A stretch of 64,000 bases of DNA from Takakia lepidozioides. Taxonomy: Eukaryota; Plantae; Bryophyta. The position numbers and the translations under genes were made by a program. A model generated the notes under the pieces. It had not been told where the DNA came from and ran no database searches. It was given only the letters and a program-made list of their open reading frames with translations. The DNA lies in the NCBI GenBank assembly GCA_030704615.1, contig CM060732.1:24366001-24430000 (forward strand). Direction: 5' to 3'. How positions within the stretch are numbered: the stretch's first letter is position 1; every line of letters starts with the position of its first letter. This document shows, piece by piece, positions 1-9,612 of the stretch.

Positions 1-1775
1 ATGCGACCTCCGTCTACACTAATATTTTATGTTCAAATTTGTTATGGGTTAAATTGAGGGCCACATTAATTACAAACGTCTAAGATTGCTGTGAATTCAT
101 TATGATGAACATGAATGTATAGAAATATAACACAAATTATCATAAAAATATATCTTCACATCAAATCTTGCAACCACACAATGTTCAAGCTTATGAATAT
201 GGAAGGAACCAATTCTCCCATAGTATATACTAAAAGTCTAACATTATATTAGATTATAATTTAAATAAAATAAAATAAACCCATAATATTATATAAAATA
301 TTATATCATTTTACATTATCATTGTAATATTACTATATTGCAATTGATGACATGTGGCAAAAACACCACCACCACAAGGATTTATTAGCCTTAGACAATA
401 TTTTCTATCCAGTTGTAGTTGGATTTACTTGGCATTGTGTTTCATGTATGGAAACCCAGGGCAAGCAAAAACAGAAGCAGAAAAATGCCACAGGAGTCGA
501 CCCTCAGTCCCCCAGGTTTTCCATACTCAGCCACCAGTACCAGGCTCTCAATATCGCTCCATGCCTAAGTACCCGGCTCCCAATCAGCATCCACCCACTG
601 GCAATGTGGAGGGTCAGTACGCAACGGCCCCCCAACACAATTATGCAGCTGGCCATTATGGCCCTTATGCTCCTTCTCCATATCACCCACCTCCTCCTAC
701 TGGCAGGCCACCTGAATATCCTCCGCCGTATGCACAGGTCCCATATGACCACTATGGATCCTCGAGTGGTTCCCAGCCACCATGGCCACTGATGGGTAGC
801 TGGTCGAATCAACCCTTCAACGTTCCCGCACAGGTGCCAGCGGTTCAACCTGCAGGGGATGTGGTTCAATCAAAGGCTGACAGAACCAATGCCTTGAGAT
901 GAGCAAATTATGTTGTGAAGGTCGCGGCATATAATGTGAAGGAAGAAAGAGAGGCAGAAGGTCTTCCTGCAACTGTAGTTGTTGTGAACAAGGCAGGAAA
1001 AGCAGTTGGTCAAACGAGGAATGTTTGGCATGCGGCCCTCAAAGGTCAAGTTCATCGTATCTGTGATCCTTCTATAGCCATCAACTATCAGCCTGATGAG
1101 ATCATTGAAGAGCTCAAAGAAATCCTGGCCAAGCTATTTGAATATGTCCCACGTGGCTTGGATGATACTGCGTTGCGAAACACAATAGGCACAATTATGA
1201 AGTCCCGACGGCATGACTTGCACAAGGAATGGCAGAAAAGTGGGGGGGAAACCCATGGACGTGTCTGATGAGCATTGGAAGAGCCTCACCTCCTACTGGA
1301 GTACAGAACAGTACTCCAAAGTGCAGACTCGCTTGAAGACAGCAAATGCCTGCATTCAAAATCACACCAAAACGGGCCGGGGAGGGAAGGACAGCATGGA
1401 GGCACGCTTAGTAAGAACCCTCATGAGCTTTCTCAATGTACTCCTCTCAATACATTCTATGAATGCCAGTCTTTAATGCTGGTTGGCTTATGGTTTAGTA
1501 CGTCAAGCAATTTTGGAGCTGAGCTTTAGTATAAAATTATTTCTGTGCTGACATGATTGTTCAATCCTGACGTTGCATTATCTTCAGTGGTTTTGTTATG
1601 GTTTTGTATGGGTGAGCCATTGAGTACAAATTGCACATTGGCTTCATATTGTTTGTTATGTTGGGTAAATATGTAGGAAAGAGAAACCGGGTGCCCCCCT
1701 ACGTTGGCTGATATACAAGAATACTCTGTCTCAAGGATGTCAGTTGGGAGCGATACGCGGGTAAGTGAGACTCAA

Positions 1776-1850
1776 GGGGGGTGCTATTCTGTGAGCCCAG
1801 AGGCGTGAGCCTGTGAGCCCAGGAAACCGTGAGCCCAGCACAGGCTCACG
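1776..1850 (+). repeat. Left terminus of the MULE: imperfect TIR with clustered GTGAGCC motifs
   Basis: GTGAGCC copies at ~1791, 1805, 1813 and 1829, and an inverted GGCTCACG at ~1843. Confidence 0.8.
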
Positions 1851-2850
1851 CCATGTCAGCATGCATACAGGGCCTATTTTCGCGGGTGTCACTTATTACC
1901 GCGGGTTGATCAGCCATTTCCAGGGAATGCAGACTGGATGTGTTACATCCATTGTATCCATCCTTTCTATCCATTGCATCCATGTAGACGTTATCAACAT
2001 ACCAAGCCCCTGCATTGGAATGTGCCTACGTCATGAGCAGGTGCACACTCACATCATCCAAAGCGGATCCCTGCGAAATCTTTTCTTACTCACCACCCTT
2101 GCGAACATGCCAGGTATGTGGGGGAGCATCATGGATGCTCACCAGAATTGAGAATGCCTGAACGCTCTTTGATCACGTGGACTTTATATGACGGATTTAC
2201 CAAGACGAGCGAGCAAATGATGCGAGAATGCTCTACCCGAACCAAAGACGTTTGTTTGTTTTTGCAATGCACACAAACCTGTGAGCTCCGCAAAACACTA
2301 CATAGATTGGAGGAACAATCGGGGCAGTCCATGCAACCCCCATCTCCAACGATAGTTTGTTCCCATGACTTTGCATCCCTCGCACACATTGCAAACAGGA
2401 CAACAAGGACACACAACCATCCCATTTCAAAATTGGCCCCGAATGAAAGCAAAATAAAACTTCATATCAAGTGTTACAGTCATCAGAATCAGTATCGACC
2501 TCCTGTGCTATGTCGTCCACAAAGATTCCGGCCCCAACACCACGTCTTCTATCATGGCCGTCGATGGTTGGACTGCGAGTGCCATGAATGGACATGCTTG
2601 CTGCGAGTGCCTCTGCATAGACAGGTAGCACGTAAGACTGAGGAGGACTTGAAAGAAGTCCAAAAATGTGTGATAGCCTTGGAGGGTCAGTGGAAGCACG
2701 TGGACTCCTGCACAAGTCGACAATAACCCATTTTGAACACAATGATGCAATGCACAAGTCCAACGAAGAGGATGTCTCCCATGTGCACTTTGCCTTAAGA
2801 ACAATGATTCTGGGTATTGAAACAACAATGCAAGCATCCACAGGTTGAAC

Positions 2851-5800
2851 TTACTCACAGGCAAAGTCGGAGTCCAGCTCCTTGTCGGAAGTCTCCCCTG
2901 TATCAATATCACCGGGAAGGGGCTCCGGAATGCCTTGAGAAGTGTGTCCACCCAAACCCATCAGGAGGTTCTTGAAAATCTCAGCATCCCCTTCAATCCC
3001 AAAGAGATGTCGCGCACTGGCCTTGCAAGTGTGGTACGAAGCACTTGCAGTGGAATTGAAGGAAGGAAACAGACATTGAAGACACATTTGGAACGGTGGG
3101 AAGTGCTGAAAGTGCAAGCTCAAACAAACCTCATGAAATGTGAATGTTGAAGAGACGAACCTGTGCCCATTGACAAATCCAGAACTCTGGCGTCTGTGTA
3201 GGTGCAGCACTCCACAATCGTTTGAATGAAAGTCGGGCTCCTCTCCCTGGCCCCTCTCCAAGGGACCCCATTCCCCCTTCGCAAGCACACATTGTTGTCC
3301 ACGTAGTTGTGGTGCATGTCATCCGTGGGATGATCTGTCCTCTCGTCTATGGACTTGCCCCGGCCCATGAGTGATGGCAAACTCCCTAATGATGGCTGGA
3401 GTCATAGGTGGATGCACTCGGACGAGATAAATAGCTTCAAACAAACGAGTCTGCGAACAAGACATCCACAAGGAACTAAGAAGCTTGAAAACCAGGCCCC
3501 TACATATTCATTTGAGCAACTTATGCAACTCCACCCGAGAACCACCAAGAAGAGGAATAAGAAAGTAGATTTACCACCTCTCCGGACGATGCTGTTCACA
3601 CAATTCCATGTCTTCAGGACCCTCATACCGGAGGCTTTCAAATAGCTGGCAAGTGCACGGCGACAGCGAAGGTCGATGGACTGGATGAGCACCAAAACAC
3701 CTGCATCGGACAGAAAGAAATTGCAAAAGGAGAAAACCCACCGCCAGTAGCGCTCATCAAAAGCATTCCAACCTGGACAAGCACCCGATGGAGGGACATC
3801 TGGGACTGGCAACCCATCAGGGATGTCCAAGATGATGAGTTCGGCTGCATATGGCTTCTCCTTCCCGTTCACCCAGGATTTGGTTGTTTTAGCCTGCAAA
3901 CAAGTATGCAATGGAATGCTCAAGAGGATTGAAACGATCCATGCCCACAACAGACAAGAAGCAAAAGACAACACGCACCGTGCCGAGGAACTCCACAATC
4001 CTCTCCCACACTAGTGATGGCTCGCCCTTGTAATCAGATTTCTTGGACTCCATCATGGCAAGGAACCCGACGTTGGCCATCTCCAACCTGGTAGGGCGAA
4101 TGACCCTCGTGGGATGCTCCACTGCATGGTACAGGTCCTTGGGATCAACCACCCCCTTGTTCTTTCTCCCGGATCCCCTACCATGCGGTGGAGTCTGCAG
4201 GACATCCACCACAGGGCCAGTATCTGGAACACTTCCCTGCCCACCTACCTGCCCTTGTGCCCCCTTCCCCCTACCCCTTCTTTTCCCCACACCACCAGCA
4301 ACATCCTTTCCCTTTGCCTTTCTACCTCTACCCGGGGTATCCTGAGCGGGAGGCTCCTTCTCTGCAAGAGTCCTCAAATTTCTATCATGAATGTCGAGGT
4401 CAGTTGCTGCGGCGTCGGCTGCTATACGCTCATTCTCTCTCCTCAAAGACACCTCCTGAGCTGGGGTCTCAGAATCAGGGCAATCCAAATACCAACTACA
4501 AGCCGAAAGATGGTCTGGGCCCCAATCATGCAAGATCCCCGTAGTAAACATGGTCTGGTTGCCAGCAGGGACAAGCCAAAGGTCCACGAAATCAGGATGT
4601 TTGTCCAAGCAATTCTCTGCCATGAGAACATACTTTATGTACCTGCAGGAACAGAGACAGCCTCATTATGCAATGCAATTATTGTCTCCTAGCTTTTCCA
4701 CCACATCACGAAGACCCCCTAAAAGAGTATGCGGCACAGTACACTGCAACCACCGCACACAAAATAGCCTGAAGGGCCCAGGGTGTGCACGTTGGTGTTA
4801 CTACACACGGATAGAACAAACGAGTGTGCGGCACCACAAACTCATATGAGCCAGCCCAAAACAGGTTGGATGGAGGAGAGTGTGTCTTTGCAAAACAAAG
4901 AAGCACAGTCCATTTCGCACCTGTAAAGGCATCGTTTCCATGCACCTCTCCTTTCTCTTGCTGGTCAAGCTCATTTGTTCGACTGATGCCACCCTCCTTG
5001 CTGAACTCTCTGAAGAAACAAGATTGCCACACTGTGGCTCTCCATTTCCTCATATATGCTTGGAAGGAGACCTTTGGTGCTGTCATGGTGATCCCATAGT
5101 CAGCCAACTGCGTATGTAGAACCGTCCGGGCCCTTTCCTCCAACTGCAAAACAATTCAAATGCAAGAATGAACCCAAAAACAATCACAGCCAATGTAACA
5201 TGGAAAGAGAATGACAGAAAAAATGAAAAGAAAGTGACACAACAAAGGACATCATACCTGGCTCCAGTAAGTGGCCTTGTGAAGCCATGTGTCCAGCACA
5301 TTGTCACTGACAGGAATGACACGCTGGGTCTTCTCTTTCTCCGGCCTGGGGAACATGTGGGTATCCCTAATAGTGGGATCGGAGTTCCATATCTCTAGCC
5401 ACTTCACCTTCTGTTCTGAAGACACAACGGCGGTAGACAACCTATGTAACTTCTCCTGGGCCATCTCCGGCTTGCCTGGCTTGTTGTAATGGTTTTTCAC
5501 CTCTTGAAGAAACTACGGTCCGAATGATGGGTCAGCAATTCTCAACTGCTTAACAAAAGCACTCATAATAGCCCTTTTTGTGGCGGTCATCTCTTTCTGG
5601 ATGTGACTCTCAACCCCCTTTGTTGTCCTTCTCTCCTCAGGGGTAGAGCTATAGTATTCCAGTTTGCCACGCTCTACTGCATCTGCAATGTCTTGCTGCA
5701 AGGGAATGCACGAGAGTTGCATCAACCCAAGGGCAAGGGAAACAAACAGAAACAAACATGTGGAAGCAGGAATATCGAAAGGCCAGATGATGAAAGATGT

Positions 5801-8800
5801 ATCTCACCGCGTACATATACTCCATGAAAGCCTCACGGGTCAACGAGTACCACGTTTCTGATGTCTTCGAGCTTTCGCACTTCTTGTATGTCTCTGCTGA
5901 AAGGATGGTCTTGAAGTTGGTCAAGGGCATCTGCCCAATCCTTTGTATCATGTACAGTGTGTGAACCAGACTCGTTTTGACATGCGATGTCTCCGTCCCT
6001 CTGTAGAATGATGTATGAAAGTGAGAATAAAATTCAAGAACCGTCAATAGAGGATTGGAACAAAAGAACCACGGAACCACAAGTGGAACATGTAGAATGA
6101 GAAACCAACTTGTTCACATCATTCATTGCCGTCAGAAGACCCATCATGTTCCCGTCACAAGCCAACACCATCGATCAAACAGAGTAATGCCACTCTTCCT
6201 CCTCTGAGTGCAGCCTCCCAATGACAGCCATCCATGCAAGCAACCGGTGGTTGCCATCCCATATGTGAAACATCTTCCCTGAGAATGCCTGGGTTGATGG
6301 TTTCCTGGAGAGAAGTAGTTCAAAGGATTCGTTCACCTGTCTCCAAATGGGATCCCAGGAGTCCACGATTGACTCATCCACAAGGAGCTCATTACCTCTG
6401 GAATCCCTAGTAGAAACGTAAAAGACTGCGGATCCATCCAAATACCCATGAACAAACTCGGCCTCCAACTTCAGGATGTCCTTGATGAGGGGTGGACGAA
6501 CGACGGGCATGGCAACCAACCTACACAGGGGAATCTTCAACCTCCCACCCGGGGCAAACATACTTTGCACCACAAGCTGAGAGTTTACCTTCTGACCCCC
6601 CAGCATCTTGGCGGCTTTGCTTTCATAGAACTCATCGTCCACATCAACAATGATCTCCTTCCCCTGCCCCGAAGGGTTCTCATCCGCCACCCTTTGCATC
6701 TTCTCCTACAAGGTTGATCATTCAAATTGATATAAGAGAGAGGCAAGAAAAGATTGTGTTTTGAGCATGGCAGACAGGCACTGTGTGGCCCAATCTCTCA
6801 TCAGAAAACAAGCAGTGTGGGGGCTGAAAATAGTGTGCGTTGCCGCACACTGTTTCAGCTTCCAAATAGGGGTGTTTTGAAAATGACATTTGGCCCTATG
6901 TGGTACATTACCACACAAAAAAAAAGGCAGAGAGGGGGCCAAGAAGGGGGCACAAACAGTGTGCGTTGCTGCACACTATTCGTGCTTCCAACTATGGGTG
7001 TATTGAGCATGCATACTCGCCCTGTTTGTCCCAATTTCAAAAAACAAGCAGAGAGGGGGCTCAAAACAGTGTGCGTTGACGCACAGTGTTTGAGCTTCCA
7101 ATTCGGGGTTGATTCAACCTGCCAGAGTGGCCATAGGGGCCCGATATTCACATCAAAAAACAAGTAGAGAGAGGGCTTGAAACAGTGTGCGTTGCCGCAC
7201 ACTGTTTGAGCTTCCAATAAGGGTTGGATTCAACCTAGCAGAGTGGCCCTAGGTGGCCTATTTTCACAACAAAAATGAATCACAAAGGGGGGGCTCAAAC
7301 AGTGTGCGTTGGTGCACGCTGTTTGAGCTTCCAATAAGGGGTGGATTCAACCTGCCAGAGTGGCCCTATGTGCCCGATTTTCACATCAAAAAACAAGCTA
7401 AAAACGTGGCTCAAACAGTGTGCATTGCCGCACACTGTTTGAGCTTCCAATAAGGGGTGGATTCAACCGGCCAGAGTAGCCTTAAGGGCCCGATTTCACA
7501 TAAAAAAACAAGCATAGACGGGGCTCAAAACAGTGTGCGTTGCCGCACACTGTTTGAGCTTCCAATAATGGTTGGATTCAATCTGCCAGAGTGGCCCTAT
7601 GTGGCCTATTTTCACAACAAAAATGAATCAAAAAGAGGGGCTCAAACAGTGTGCGTTGGCGCACACTATTTGAGCTTCCCATAAGGGGTGGATTCAACCT
7701 GCCAGAGTGGCCCTATGTGCCCGATTTTCACATCAAAAAACAAGCAAGTAAGGGGGCTTAAACAGTGTGCGTTGCCGCACACTGTTTGAGCTTCTGATTT
7801 GGGGTGGATTCAACCTGCCAAAGTAGCCTTAGGGGCCCGATTTTCACATCAAAAAACAAGTAGAGAGGGGGCTCAAAACAATGTGCGTTGCGGCACACTG
7901 TTTGAGCTTCCAATTCGGCGTGGATTCAACCTGGGAGAGTGGCTCTAGGTGCCTGATTTTCACATCTAAAAACAAGCAAGTAAGGGGGCTCAAACAGTGT
8001 GCGTTGCCGCACACTGTTTGAGCTTCCAATTCGGGGTGGATTCAACCTGCCAGAGTAGCCTTAGGGGCCCAATTTTCACATCAAAAAACAAGCAGAGAGT
8101 GGGCTCAAAACAGTGTGCGTTGCGGCACATTGTTTGAGCTTCCAATTTGGGGTGGATTCAACCTGCGAGAATGGCTCTAGGTGCCCAATTTTCACATCTA
8201 AAAACAAGCAAGTAAGGGGGCTCAAACAGTGTGCGTTGCCACACACTGTTTGAGCTTCCAATTTGGGGTGGATTCAACCTGCCAGAGTAGCCTTAGGGGC
8301 CCGATTTTCACATCAAAAAACAAACAGAGAGTGGGCTCAAAACAGTGTGCGTTGTGGCACACTGTTTGAGCTTCCAATTCGGGGTGGATTTAACCTGCGA
8401 GAGTGGCTCTAGGTGCCCGATTTTCACATCTAAGAACAAGCAAGTAAGGGTGCTCAAACAGTGCGCGTTGCCGCACACTGTTTGAGCTTCCAATTCGGGG
8501 TGGATTCAACCTGCCAGAGTAGCCTTAGGGGCCCAATTTTCACATCAAAAAACAAGCAGAGAGTGGGCTCAAAACAGTGTGCGTTGCCGCACACTGTTTG
8601 AGCTTCCGATTCGGGGTGGATTCAACCTGCCAAAGTGGCTCTAGGTGCCCGATTTTCACATCTAAAAACAATCCAGTAAGGGGGCTCAAACAGTGTGCGT
8701 TGCCGCACATTGTTTGAGCTTCCAATTTGGGGTGGATTCAACCTGCCAGAGTGGCCATAGGGGCCGGATTTTCACATCAAAAACAAAGCAGAGACGGGGC

Positions 8801-9612
8801 TCAAAACAGTGTGCGTTGCCGCACACTGTTTGAGCTTCCAGTTTGGGGTGGATTCAACCTTTCAGAGTGGCCCTAGCGGCCCGATTTCATATCTAAAAAC
8901 AAGCAGAGAGGGGGCACTGCTCAACCTGCTAGAGTGGATTCAACCTGCTAGAGTGGCCCTATGTGCCCGAATTTCACATCAAAAAACAATAAAAAAAATA
9001 AGGGGCTCAAACAGTGTGCGTTGCCGCAGATTGTTTGAGCTTCTAAATAGGGGTGGATTGAACCAGACAGAGATGCCGTATGTGGGCGATTTTCATATCA
9101 AATGAGAAGCACAAATGAGGTCTCAAATGGTGTGCGTTGCCGCACACTATTTGAGATTCCAATCAGTGGTGGATTGAACCAGACAAAGAGGCCCAACTTG
9201 ACCGATTTTCACATCAAAAATGAAGCACAAAGACAGGGTCTCAAACAGTGTGTGTTGCCACACTCTGTTTGAGCTTCCAAATAGGTGTGGACATCACTTG
9301 TACCTTTTTTTTAGCTTCTCCAGAAGACTCCCCAATCGCCGGAGAACCTTTGCGCTTCGGACTGCTCTCTACGCCGAGCATGTTCTGGAGCATCTCCCCC
9401 ATCATCTTTTCCACTATCTGCTTCTTCGTGAGTCCAGCATCAACATCATCTTCGGCGTCCGACTCTCCCTCGGATACAGTCTCATCCTCCTTTGTTCTCG
9501 GAAGTATGGCGGGCTGCTGCTCTTCTCCAGAATTCGGCTCTTCCATCGCCAAACTTTCCTCTTTGCCCTCTTCTTCCTCTTTTTCCTCTTCGTCTACTCT
9601 TTCCATCCTCAT
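2851..9612 (-). pseudogene. MULE cargo gene: ParB/Sulfiredoxin-like domain fused to a beta-class N4-C/N6-A DNA methyltransferase-like domain, about 9 exons, disabled in this copy
   Basis: Approximate exons: 9612-9304, 6705-6111, 6000-5807, 5695-5258, 5143-4921, 4642-3978, 3893-3575, 3451-3161 and 3044-2851, mostly with GT-AG ends. ParB-like motif KIPLCRL...VR...FHIWDGNHRLLAW. MTase motifs occur in permuted beta order: LIILDIPDG (DPPY-like motif IV), then WRGARERSP, then VLDLSMGTG|ASYHTCKASARHLFGIEGD (motif I-II). In-frame stops at 6175 and 5513, at least one frameshift near 3.35-3.58 kb, and an acceptor AG>AA at 3045. The start codon is uncertain. Confidence 0.8.
6775..9290. repeat. Tandem array of about 22 units of ~116 bp, nearly all containing a 36-bp palindrome; lies in intron 1 of the ParB-MTase gene
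   Basis: The core GCTCAAACAGTGTGCG-TTGC-CGCACACTGTTTGAGC was counted 21 times (~6824, 6950, 7060, 7176, 7294, 7410, 7524, 7641, 7757, 7872, 7989, 8104, 8221, 8336, 8453, 8568, 8685, 8800, 9006, 9122, 9240), with one truncated unit near 8915. The spurious ORFs at 7844/8076/8308/8540 show the 232-bp dimer period. Confidence 0.97.

Noticed and set aside
1-350. AT-rich segment as the terminus of the outer CACTA element
   Set aside because: No CACTA/CACTG TIR pair was found for the outer element within the window.
2851-6705. Bacterial contamination or prophage as the source of the ParB-MTase
   Set aside because: The gene has multiple GT-AG introns and lies within a TSD-bounded plant transposon contiguous with plant genes.
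6718-9105. Repeated 61-137 aa ORFs (MEAQTVCGNAHC...)
   Set aside because: They are by-products of the tandem array, often with non-ATG starts, and lie within a predicted intron.
6775-9290. CRISPR array (regularly spaced 36-bp palindromic repeats)
   Set aside because: The ~80-bp intervening sequences are homologous to each other rather than unique spacers, there are no cas genes, and the context is eukaryotic and intronic.
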